Source: a virus
Taxonomy: Duplodnaviria > Caudoviricetes
Length of the DNA: 30,159 nt
Strand: one strand, 5' to 3'
IMG/VR virus record: IMGVR_UViG_3300005805_000017
Coordinates: 1 to 30,159 of that record
Shown: positions 7,459-15,101 of the stretch, piece after piece
Numbering within the stretch: position 1 is the first letter of the stretch
How the letters are laid out: every line of letters starts with the position of its first letter
Position numbers and translations under genes: made by a program
Notes under the pieces: model-generated
What the model was told of the DNA's origin: nothing
Database searches by the model: none
The model's input: the letters and a program-made list of their open reading frames with translations, nothing else

Positions 7459-7887
7459 CTATGCAAAATTAGTATTTTCAAAAAAACTAAACTGGGTAGA
7501 CTGGGTTTTAGTTCTCAACAAATTTATGTGCCTCTGGATCTCTGGGAGTCTGTGGCTAAGTTCGTCTATAGTGCTAAGTAGTTTAGTTACCCTTTCGTCC
7601 TCTCTCTTTTTCACTAGTTCATTTCGCTTACCTGGGTCGCTAATAAATAACAGGCTACTATAAATATTACCGTTTATTGTTTTTTCCCCTATCCGGTCAA
7701 CTAGTCCCGCGTCCATAATAGCCGACAGGGCGCCTGTAACCGTTTGGTGATTTATACCGGTATCCTCTTTAATATCTACTATAGTACACCCCGGGCGCTC
7801 TTTTACATAGGCTAACACCCGCTCCGTTTTACTTCTAATATTACCGTTAGCCAGGTTAATTAGCCAGGTCTCAACGTGTGGTTTCAT
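7459..7887 (-). CDS. Winged-helix DNA-binding protein
   Basis: TERVLAYVKERPGCTIVDIKEDTGINHQTVTGALSAIMDAGLVDRIGEK is a MarR-like wHTH pattern. Confidence 0.75.
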   Translation of the reverse strand: MKPHVETWLINLANGNIRSKTERVLAYVKERPGCTIVDIKEDTGINHQTVTGALSAIMDAGLVDRIGEKTINGNIYSSLLFISDPGKRNELVKKREDERVTKLLSTIDELSHRLPEIQRHINLLRTKTQSTQFSFFENTNFA

Positions 7888-8084
7888 AGTGTTTTATTTT
7901 TTTCGTTAATAATCTTTTTAAGATATACCGCTAAGTCTAAAGCCTCCTCGTATGCGTGTTGTAGCCAGTCTAACTCTGTTAGGTCGTTCCTGTCTACCGT
8001 CGTGCCGTACTTATTTAGGCCGCGCTCCTCTCTTACCTTTAACTCGGCTATTACGAGTTGTAGAATATTGCTAGGGGGTCTCAT
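7884..8084 (-). CDS. Small all-alpha NTP-pyrophosphatase-like (MazG superfamily) protein
   Basis: REERGLNKYGTT....L...DWLQHAYEEALDLAVY with an EExxD metal-binding pattern. Confidence 0.6.
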   Translation of the reverse strand: MRPPSNILQLVIAELKVREERGLNKYGTTVDRNDLTELDWLQHAYEEALDLAVYLKKIINEKNKTL

Positions 8085-8281
8085 AGTTCGCTAAGTATTA
8101 TTAACATTTTATGTATTTCTAACTTTCGCTCTAACGTAATTTCGATATTACTAGCCTCCATATAGAGGGTCTCCATAGCAAGCCGCCGGCTAACCTCGTA
8201 ACGGTCGTAGGGCTTAATATAATTTACTAATATTTCGTAGTAGGCCCTATGAATATCTAGGGCGTTTTGCTCATTAGTCAT
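8081..8281 (-). CDS. Hypothetical protein, 66 aa
   Basis: Overlaps both neighbours (translational coupling). Confidence 0.7.
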   Translation of the reverse strand: MTNEQNALDIHRAYYEILVNYIKPYDRYEVSRRLAMETLYMEASNIEITLERKLEIHKMLIILSEL

Positions 8282-8534
8282 GGGTATTGAATTTTTCTAT
8301 TTCCGCTATTCTGAGCCTAACTTGGTCTAGTTCGTTCTGGATCCTGAGCGCGTCCGGTAGTTCCATAGGTATAGTTATACGTTTAGGCGTTCTGTCCATA
8401 TACTCCGGGTAGAGTTGTACAAATTTCTCCTCTGTTTCCCGGTGTAAAAACTTCTCTAGGTTATACGCGTAATTACGTAGGTAGTAAAGATAGTTTAGCG
8501 TTTCGGGGTCGTACTTAGTGCTTAATTTTTCCAT
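8274..8534 (-). CDS. Hypothetical protein, 86 aa
   Basis: Coupled ORF in the operon; helical/coiled-coil C-terminus. Confidence 0.7.
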   Translation of the reverse strand: MEKLSTKYDPETLNYLYYLRNYAYNLEKFLHRETEEKFVQLYPEYMDRTPKRITIPMELPDALRIQNELDQVRLRIAEIEKFNTHD

Positions 8535-9030
8535 GTGTTTTATAGGTTTTGATTAAATTTATTATTTCCTCTTTAGTGTATTTCCTGGGCGGTTCGTTTC
8601 GCCGGTTAATTAGTTCGTTATAGGCCTCCGCTCCGATCCTACCGGGTAGGTTAATAGAGTAATTTATTAGGTTCCCGCTTAAAAACTGGTTACAATGTCT
8701 ACATTGGCCATGTACGTTAGTCTCCGTCCAGGCTAGGTTAGGGTAGGCGCCCCGGCTGAAATAGTGGCCGGCGTCGAAATACTCCCCTAACGGTCTTAGG
8801 CATGATATACAGGGTTTACCTTTATCTCTGGATCTAATAAACTTATTAAATACCTGGGTTAGTTGCTTTTTATAGTAGGTGAGGGTCTTAGTTCGCTCCC
8901 TTAACTCTTCTATTTTTTTCCGGTGCTTAACCCTGGCTGAGTTTTCCAGGACACAGGAGGCCTGTATACAGGTTCTCTGTAGTGTATTAAACGGCTTAAA
9001 CCGTACGCCACATATTTTACATTTTCTCAT
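8515..9030 (-). CDS. ninG: NinG/Rap-family recombination endonuclease
   Basis: N-terminal CKIC...C...C, then FNKFIRSRD...CISC...DAGHYFSRG...NVHGQCRHCN..LSGN. Confidence 0.88.
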   Translation of the reverse strand: MRKCKICGVRFKPFNTLQRTCIQASCVLENSARVKHRKKIEELRERTKTLTYYKKQLTQVFNKFIRSRDKGKPCISCLRPLGEYFDAGHYFSRGAYPNLAWTETNVHGQCRHCNQFLSGNLINYSINLPGRIGAEAYNELINRRNEPPRKYTKEEIINLIKTYKTHGKIKH

Positions 9031-9032
9031 AG

Positions 9033-10325
9033 TTAAAACGGTTCTACGTTGTCTTTAAATGTCATAGTCTCAGCGTGAAATTTTACTTCTGCTATACCGG
9101 TTCTACCGTTTCGCTGTTTTGCTATAATATATTCGCATATTCCCGCCATACTTTGGCCTTTATCGTCTACGCTGTGGCCGTAGTAGTCGGGTCGAAATAA
9201 AAATATAACTGAGTCGGCGTCCTGTTCTAAACTCCCAGACTCTCTCAGGTCGCTAAGTAGTGGGCGTTTATCTCCTCTTGACTCTACCCCCCGGCTTAAC
9301 TGGCTTAGTGAAATAACAGGACAGGCCGCCTCTTTACTTAACTGTTTTAGTTGCCGGCTAATCTGGCTTAGTTCCTGGTCTCTAGTTTCTTTAGTCTTTT
9401 TACCCGGGCTTATTAGTTGTATGTAGTCTATAAATACGGCTTTTACTCCGCTTTTAGCCTTTAGTTGGAGGGTTCTAGCCCGTATATCATGTACGGTTAA
9501 CGCGGCGCTGTCGTCGATATATATAGGTAGGGCCTCTAGTTCGTCATTAGCCGCGCTATATAAAGTAAATTCATGGGGGCTCAGTTTATTTTTTAGGAGG
9601 TGCTGAGTATTTAGGCCGCTTAACTGGCTATTAAGCCTATAAATTAACTGAGGCGCCGCCATTTCCAGACTAAAAATAATTACCGGGCCTTGTGTCTGGG
9701 CTATATGGAGGGCTTGGGTTAGTAACATAGCCGTTTTACCCATGCCAGGACGCCCGGCCATATACACTAGATCGCCGGGCATATACCCCCCGGTTATATG
9801 ATCTACAGAGTTTAACCCGGTTTTTATTAAACTGTCTCCGGCCGTACCTCTGTTTATTACTGCTCTAATTACCTCCGGGTTTCGTTTGGCTATATGTACC
9901 GGGCCGCTCTGGGCTGTATCTTGGTAAATAGACTCTAACCTATTTAGGCTCTCAGTATAAACGTCTAATACGTCGCCGCTTTCGTCCTGGGCTTTACTCC
10001 CCATGGTTAGAGATAACTGTAGTATTTCCCGCCTTAAATGGTATTCTGCTAAAATGAGCGCCCATTTTTCGACGTTAACGCTAGACGCTACCCGGTTTGT
10101 TAGGCCCGCTATATAACTGGTCGGTATATCCTTAGCCTTATTCTTAACCGTTAGTAGATCTACCGGGCTATTTTCATGGTACAGGCTTAAAATAGCCTCA
10201 CAAATTAGCCGGTTTTTTGAGTCTATAAACCTCTCCGGCTTGAATTTGTCATAAATAAGGCTTAGACAGGTCGGGTCTAACAGTACGGCCCCCAATACTC
10301 CCGCCTCTATTTCGGTGTTATTCAT
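9033..10325 (-). CDS. dnaB: Replicative DNA helicase, DnaB family
   Basis: AGRPGMGKT, FSLEM, IDYIQL, LSQLSR, DLRESGSLEQDAD and KQRNG motifs, plus the DnaB N-terminal domain. Confidence 0.96.
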   Translation of the reverse strand: MNNTEIEAGVLGAVLLDPTCLSLIYDKFKPERFIDSKNRLICEAILSLYHENSPVDLLTVKNKAKDIPTSYIAGLTNRVASSVNVEKWALILAEYHLRREILQLSLTMGSKAQDESGDVLDVYTESLNRLESIYQDTAQSGPVHIAKRNPEVIRAVINRGTAGDSLIKTGLNSVDHITGGYMPGDLVYMAGRPGMGKTAMLLTQALHIAQTQGPVIIFSLEMAAPQLIYRLNSQLSGLNTQHLLKNKLSPHEFTLYSAANDELEALPIYIDDSAALTVHDIRARTLQLKAKSGVKAVFIDYIQLISPGKKTKETRDQELSQISRQLKQLSKEAACPVISLSQLSRGVESRGDKRPLLSDLRESGSLEQDADSVIFLFRPDYYGHSVDDKGQSMAGICEYIIAKQRNGRTGIAEVKFHAETMTFKDNVEPF

Positions 10326-11008
10326 GCGGGGCGGTATTCTTTGCGGGTGTATACGGATCCTTTAGCCGCTAAATATTCCGGCTTAAACCAATTAAAACGT
10401 ATTTTACGTTTCCAGTTTTGGACAGGCCGGCCCTGGCTGTCTATCCAGTCGCCGTCCTGGTAATAGTTCCAACAAAGTTTAGCGGCCTCCTCTGTATAAC
10501 CGTTCTCAGTAAAAAATTTACTTAACTCTTCAATAGTTGGCGGTATAAATACCGTCTCTTTTGCTTTGTTAATAACTTTAGCGTTTTTTTCTTGCGAAGA
10601 GGTAGCCGCTGTAGTTAGTATACTTCTATTATTATTTATATTTATATTCTTATTCGCGCGCGCGGGCGAGGCCGTTAACTTTTCAGTATTTACGGGGCTT
10701 TCAGAGATACTACTAGTATCCGAATTTTCGATACTAAAGGCACTTTTTATACTATAGGGTTCTACTAAAGTATTTTTGTGCTTACTGTAGCCGCCTCTCT
10801 TGCCGGTAATCTGTTGCTGTCTGGCTAGGTTTATTTTTTTCTCCAGTATTTCCCAGGTTTCCAGAGTTTCGGCCGGCAGATCTTTTTTAACGCCGTCAAA
10901 AATGTAACAGAGGAGCGAATAGGATAACACCTCTCTAAACTCAATAGGAACGCTTTTAATTAGTTCGTAGTGGCTTAGTAGTACGTTAGGGTATTTTGTT
11001 TTTTTCAT
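10322..11008 (-). CDS. Putative replication initiator
   Basis: Directly upstream of dnaB; GKRGG, low-complexity NKNININNN linker and C-terminal FIPPTIEE...WNYY...W....G.PVQNWK, typical of phage initiators. Confidence 0.7.
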   Translation of the reverse strand: MKKTKYPNVLLSHYELIKSVPIEFREVLSYSLLCYIFDGVKKDLPAETLETWEILEKKINLARQQQITGKRGGYSKHKNTLVEPYSIKSAFSIENSDTSSISESPVNTEKLTASPARANKNININNNRSILTTAATSSQEKNAKVINKAKETVFIPPTIEELSKFFTENGYTEEAAKLCWNYYQDGDWIDSQGRPVQNWKRKIRFNWFKPEYLAAKGSVYTRKEYRPA

Positions 11009-11022
11009 GGTCTTAAAACGCT

Positions 11023-11172
11023 TTAAAATTTGTCAGTTTGTAAAAAATGATTTAGAGAGCGCCTAACTAACTTAGTCGGGGTAATTTTTAGGATCTTGGC
11101 CCTTTTGCTTATTACTTTTTTTTCCTCCTCAGTTATGCGAATAATTAAATGTACTGTTTTACGTGCTTTCAT
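11023..11172 (-). CDS. Ribbon-helix-helix DNA-binding protein, 49 aa
   Basis: Manual translation MKARKTVHLIIRITEEEKKVISKRAKILKITPTKLVRRSLNHFLQTDKF; beta-alpha-alpha pattern; exactly fills the gap. Confidence 0.75.
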   Translation of the reverse strand: MKARKTVHLIIRITEEEKKVISKRAKILKITPTKLVRRSLNHFLQTDKF

Positions 11173-11173
11173 A

Positions 11174-11920
11174 TTATTTAATTTTTAAAAAGTTAGTTTC
11201 CGGATCTGAGGCCAAAAATTTAGCCTTTATCTCTTCTCTACGTATCCAGGCTTTATCTATTTTCTCACATAATAGCGTTAGGTCGTCGACGCTAGGATAA
11301 ATAAAGGCCCAATGTATACGCTGTGGCTCCGGGTAACGGGGGTCATAAGAACAAAAAACCCATTCAGCGGCCCTCTGGCAAAGTATATTTAGACATACTT
11401 GCCAATAATACGTAGGGTCTATTTCCTTTAGAGTCTCAGCGTCTACTACCTGGCTATGCCAGAAATGGTTTATAGAGTTAAACGGACATTTTACCTCTAT
11501 ACCTACCCACCGGTAGCCGCCGGATCCGTCCGCTAAGTAAAATTTAGCGTCTGGGCTCCCTCCGGCGTATTCATTAAACAGAGTAAAAGGCGGCTTAAAC
11601 TGTACATAGTCGGCCCGCTCTACCCCCATTTTATCCGATAGGGTTACTATTGCCTCCTCTTCGTATTCATTACCCCACTCGATAGCGCGGCCCCATGTCT
11701 CCTCAGCGGGTAAACCGGTCAACTCCTCTGTAATAGTTTGCACTATATACCTCTCTCCGGTCTCACTAAATAGGCCCGCCTCTTTAGCGGCTTTACTTCT
11801 AGGTTCGCCTATTAGTTGCCATACTTTCGACGCTGTAAACCGTCCTAATCTTATTCTGTCCCAGGCGGCTGTATTCTGGGCTATTTCGCCGCTTAACTTA
11901 TTTAAAAGGTCTTGTAACAT
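11174..11920 (-). CDS. YqaJ/lambda-exonuclease-family nuclease
   Basis: W...RLGRFTASK, WGNEYEEEA, GGSPD, IEVKCP, YYWQV and FCSYDPR motifs. Confidence 0.9.
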   Translation of the reverse strand: MLQDLLNKLSGEIAQNTAAWDRIRLGRFTASKVWQLIGEPRSKAAKEAGLFSETGERYIVQTITEELTGLPAEETWGRAIEWGNEYEEEAIVTLSDKMGVERADYVQFKPPFTLFNEYAGGSPDAKFYLADGSGGYRWVGIEVKCPFNSINHFWHSQVVDAETLKEIDPTYYWQVCLNILCQRAAEWVFCSYDPRYPEPQRIHWAFIYPSVDDLTLLCEKIDKAWIRREEIKAKFLASDPETNFLKIK

Positions 11921-11924
11921 GGTT

Positions 11925-12602
11925 TTATTCTTTTATGGTTTTTAACTTACTCTCTAGCGCTAACTTTTGCTCTGGGCTTATTAGGTCGCCTAAAATTTCT
12001 ACTGTCTTGTTAAACTCCCAGGACGTAAGGCCCTCGGCTATCTTTTGCTCTATAACCTCAAACATGGCGGGCGGTAACTCTTTAGACTGTATTTTAAATG
12101 GTTTGTACTGATCCTTACGGCTTCGGTTTAGATCTCGCCCAAATATTTTGCCCAGACTCTGGGCCGCGTTTTTAAGACATTCAGCCTTTAGTTTCGGAAA
12201 GGATAGATCTAAGGCGTTAGGTTTCTTATTCTCTGGACTAAGGGCCCACCGGTTCCGGGCGTGTGGGTCGTTTTTAAGTTCGTCAGGTACTCTGTCGACG
12301 GTAATAATAACAGAGGCCGCGCCCTGTCTTATTATTTTCTCTCCGGTTACCGGGTGTAATACCTCGAGAGTAATAGCCCCCTGTACTTCATTCGCAATAG
12401 CCGACCATGTAAAGTTAGTCGTAGACCATTGCCCTAAAAATAGTTCGTCTAACGTCATTTCTATATGACTAATTACTACCGTAGACGCTCGGCCGTCGGG
12501 GGTTTTTTCCAGACTCTCAGCCGGGGGCTCGCTGTTTAGGCGGGCCGTAAAGTTTTGTAGGGCCTCCAGGTATCCTGGGCCGTATTCCTGTTTAGTTCTC
12601 AT
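11925..12602 (-). CDS. Single-strand annealing protein, Rad52/Sak-like
   Basis: ISHIEMTLDELFLGQWS and AECLKNAAQSLGKIFGRDLNR resemble the Rad52 core; adjacent to the exonuclease. Confidence 0.7.
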   Translation of the reverse strand: MRTKQEYGPGYLEALQNFTARLNSEPPAESLEKTPDGRASTVVISHIEMTLDELFLGQWSTTNFTWSAIANEVQGAITLEVLHPVTGEKIIRQGAASVIITVDRVPDELKNDPHARNRWALSPENKKPNALDLSFPKLKAECLKNAAQSLGKIFGRDLNRSRKDQYKPFKIQSKELPPAMFEVIEQKIAEGLTSWEFNKTVEILGDLISPEQKLALESKLKTIKE

Positions 12603-12681
12603 AAAAATAGTAGATTAAAAAAATTAGGTTAATAAGTAGGCTCAGTTTTAAAACTATAGCCGGTATACATATAGTTCTCAT
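12592..12681 (-). CDS. Hydrophobic micro-protein, 29 aa
   Basis: MRTICIPAIVLKLSLLINLIFLIYYFYEN; ATGA overlap with the upstream stop and overlap with the downstream start. Confidence 0.55.
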   Translation of the reverse strand: MRTICIPAIVLKLSLLINLIFLIYYFYEN

Positions 12682-12944
12682 AGTTTGGAAATAAAGAGGT
12701 TTAACGTCTCTGTATATTCGGCCTCTGTGATCTCGACGGCTGTAACTATATCCTGGGTTATAGTAGTAGTTTTAATAAGGCTTTGGTATTTATCGAGTAT
12801 CATAATACGCGTTACGTATAACACCCCGGCCTCCTCTGTTAGTTTGTAATAACTGGGGCTAGTGCTGTCATCTTTGCGAAATGAGGGCGTTACTATTTCG
12901 ATCTCTTTAGTTACTTCTACTTTTTGGGTTATTGTGTGTTTCAT
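12678..12944 (-). CDS. Hypothetical early protein, 88 aa
   Basis: ORF with an A-rich leader; no motif recognised. Confidence 0.7.
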   Translation of the reverse strand: MKHTITQKVEVTKEIEIVTPSFRKDDSTSPSYYKLTEEAGVLYVTRIMILDKYQSLIKTTTITQDIVTAVEITEAEYTETLNLFISKL

Positions 12945-12961
12945 ATAATGAGTTTTAAGGG

Positions 12962-13291
12962 TTAAAATTTGCAGTATGGGCAGTTAGTAACGGCGTTATG
13001 TACTATAACCTCGGTGAGCGCTCCTAACAGTTCATGGTTACTCTCGGCTATTTCGCTACGTGTGCGCTCTACTAACTCTAAAATACTCGGTTTAATTTTT
13101 TCGGTAATTAGTAGGTTACGGCTACCGGCTAACTCATTACCGGCTAACACTAAATAGCGCTCTATATTCTTTAAGTCTGCCATAATTGTAAACAGTAACT
13201 GTCTACATTCCTTTAGCGCTAGATCTTCTAGTTGGTCGTAGTCGCTACATATACAGCGCTCGTCGTTGTGGGGGGAGTTTAAGTCTTGCAT
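12962..13291 (-). CDS. Hypothetical early protein, 109 aa (CxC near the N-terminus, CxxC at the C-terminus)
   Basis: MQDLNSPHNDERCIC...NCPYCKF with a helical middle. Confidence 0.7.
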   Translation of the reverse strand: MQDLNSPHNDERCICSDYDQLEDLALKECRQLLFTIMADLKNIERYLVLAGNELAGSRNLLITEKIKPSILELVERTRSEIAESNHELLGALTEVIVHNAVTNCPYCKF

Positions 13292-13318
13292 ATTATTTAT
13301 TTTTTATAGGTTACGTTT

Positions 13319-13348
13319 TAAAGTAGGGGGGGGGTAGTGGCCCCCCCC
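13319..13348 (-). terminator. Homopolymer hairpin terminator/attenuator G8-CCACTA-C9-TACTTT
   Basis: Plus strand G9 at 13326-13334 and C8 at 13341-13348, 7 nt after the stop at 13356; weak U-tract. Confidence 0.6.
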
Positions 13349-13355
13349 GGTTAGT

Positions 13356-13505
13356 TTATAGCCCAGAGTCAGCGTCACTATAACAGTTACCGGTACCGTC
13401 TGTATACAGGTCAAAATAGTAATCTATCATATAATCTCTACGTCTAGGCGTCTTAACTTTTTTTACTGTAGTTTCTGCTACTACGTTTGGCGTGTTTGTT
13501 TCCAT
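13356..13505 (-). CDS. First early gene, 49 aa, acidic C-terminus (GNCYSDADSGL)
   Basis: ATG 13505 follows an A/C-rich leader downstream of a consensus promoter. The track start at 13565 is the promoter -33 TTG, not a start codon. Confidence 0.75.
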   Translation of the reverse strand: METNTPNVVAETTVKKVKTPRRRDYMIDYYFDLYTDGTGNCYSDADSGL

Positions 13506-13535
13506 TTGTTTTATTGTTTTGTTGTTTTGTGAATA

Positions 13536-13565
13536 CAAATGTAGAATAAACTTTTCACCCCGCAA
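13536..13565 (-). promoter_or_regulatory. Consensus Bacteroidota early promoter TTG-N19-TACATTTG
   Basis: -33 TTG at 13563-13565, 19-nt spacer, -7 TACATTTG at 13536-13543, with an AT-rich tract upstream. Confidence 0.85.
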
Positions 13566-13618
13566 GAAAAAAAGTAAAAAAGTTTTTTAACAGACTCCGG
13601 TTAATTGTTTATAACGTG

Positions 13619-13641
13619 AAAAACCCCGGACGTTTCCGGGG
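13619..13641 (-). terminator. Rho-independent terminator ending the late/lysis operon
   Basis: Minus strand CCCCGGA-AACG-TCCGGGG followed by TTTTT, about 30 nt after the endolysin stop. Confidence 0.85.
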
Positions 13642-13671
13642 CTCTTCTCACCTTAAACAATATGGAATAAC

Positions 13672-14052
13672 CTAAACTATCTCATAGTGAGGCAGATCCT
13701 TAAACCGTTTCCAGTTACCCCCCCATGATATTCGCGGCTCTAAAGTAGTAATAATTTCGGCGAACCTCTTAAAATGTTTAGCGTCCCAGTCTATTTCCTT
13801 ACCTATCTTAAAGGCTACGTCTATAGCCTTACTAGGTTTTATATTGTGCTTACCCCCCTTTTTTATCTGGGTGACTATTTTACCGGGCTTAGTACGGCCT
13901 AAGGCGTATAGTTCCGCTTGCTCTGTCTCGCTCCTATAGGTGCAAGTTACTACCGGGGTAACGCCTGGGTACTTCTCAATAAAAATTTGCGCGGCCTTTA
14001 GGTAGGCGTCCCGTAAAATTTTATCCGCGTCGTTTAGATCTCTGCTAGCCAT
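13672..14052 (-). CDS. Endolysin, peptidase M15 (L-Ala-D-Glu peptidase-like)
   Basis: YRS..EQ..LYA.GRTKPGKIVT, KHN....AID and WGGNW..FKDLPHYE zinc-binding motifs. Confidence 0.9.
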   Translation of the reverse strand: MASRDLNDADKILRDAYLKAAQIFIEKYPGVTPVVTCTYRSETEQAELYALGRTKPGKIVTQIKKGGKHNIKPSKAIDVAFKIGKEIDWDAKHFKRFAEIITTLEPRISWGGNWKRFKDLPHYEIV

Positions 14053-14608
14053 TACCTAAAAACTTAGTTATAACCTCCTGTTTAGTCCTAGACCCTCTAC
14101 TAGATCCAACGTAATAGGCAAAAATGGAGGTACCTATAGAAATTACGGCGCCTGTGGTTAAGTCTGCTAGGCGTTGGTTAGCCTCAGGTATGGCTACGAA
14201 TAATAAAGAAATTATAACCCCTACGAATAAGACTAAGCCTGTACATATTACGACGCTCATTAGCCAGTCTGGGCGTCCCATAGCCTGGGTATACTCTAAC
14301 TCTCTTAGCCGGGCGTTAAATCTGTCTTGCAGTTCTCCGGCTATAGCCGTTTTTTCCACCTCTAATATTTCGCTAGCGTATTTACCGTAGTTACTCTTAA
14401 ACTCCTCGACTAAATTAAGGTCGTTAGTGGCGCTTATAATTTCTCCGGCCCGCTCTAATATCTCTATACCGGTTACGTCTCCTATAGTTTCCAGGACGTC
14501 ACCCGCTACAGGCTTAACCTTATCCCGTAAAAACTTAAAAAACTTAGTATTTTTAAGCCTCTCCCCCAGTTTGGGCCTCTGGGTCGTCGTCGTCGCTGTC
14601 GTTTCCAT
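14045..14608 (-). CDS. Holin-like membrane protein (C-terminal TMs, YYVGSS motif)
   Basis: Two hydrophobic helices ending in FAYYVGSSRGS, resembling GTA/3TM-type holins; directly upstream of the endolysin. Confidence 0.7.
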   Translation of the reverse strand: METTATTTTQRPKLGERLKNTKFFKFLRDKVKPVAGDVLETIGDVTGIEILERAGEIISATNDLNLVEEFKSNYGKYASEILEVEKTAIAGELQDRFNARLRELEYTQAMGRPDWLMSVVICTGLVLFVGVIISLLFVAIPEANQRLADLTTGAVISIGTSIFAYYVGSSRGSRTKQEVITKFLGNG

Positions 14609-14777
14609 TGTCTATATTGGTTACTGAGTCTATAATATATATGGCTATAAAGGCTTTTAAGCCGTCGTATATCTTGTTTATGCTATCTACCATAGCCCTA
14701 CCCCACCTATTAACTAAATATGTGTCTATTACTAGCCACAGAATGAAGAGCGCCGCTATGGTAAATAAAAAAATCAA
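14553..14777 (-). CDS. Membrane protein, 74 aa (lysis cassette)
   Basis: N-terminal TM segment and acidic tail; overlaps both neighbours. Confidence 0.55.
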   Translation of the reverse strand: MIFLFTIAALFILWLVIDTYLVNRWGRAMVDSINKIYDGLKAFIAIYIIDSVTNIDNGNDSDDDDPEAQTGGEA

Positions 14778-14998
14778 GCCTTAGGGGCGTTAAATTTTTT
14801 ATATACCTCTATTAGAAATTTAAAAAAGGCGACGCTAGCCCCCATATAGGCGCAAAACTTAGCCGTTTCCATAAATATAGGCGGTATGTGGGCCGTATAG
14901 AGGTAGTCTATAAACGTACCTATGAATAAAAATACACCCGTTTTAAATAGTGCCTCGCCGGGAGCGCTCAGATCTACGTCTAAAAAATTAAAATTCAT
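14774..14998 (-). CDS. Two-TM membrane protein (holin/antiholin-like); alternative start 15025
   Basis: TGVFLFIGTFIDYLY and FCAYMGASVAFFKFLI hydrophobic segments with a basic C-terminus. Confidence 0.6.
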   Translation of the reverse strand: MNFNFLDVDLSAPGEALFKTGVFLFIGTFIDYLYTAHIPPIFMETAKFCAYMGASVAFFKFLIEVYKKFNAPKA

Positions 14999-15101
14999 TT
15001 TTTTTCTTAGGTTTTTTAGTGTCATTTTTTAGGGTATTAAGTATTTTCCGCTCGTATTCCCTAAGTTTAACAGTAATAGCCGCCCTCTTCTCCTTATTCA
15101 T
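14988..15101 (-). CDS. Basic micro-protein, 37 aa
   Basis: MNKEKRAAITVKLREYERKILNTLKNDTKKPKKKNEF; ATGA overlap with the upstream stop; fills the gap. Confidence 0.6.
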   Translation of the reverse strand: MNKEKRAAITVKLREYERKILNTLKNDTKKPKKKNEF

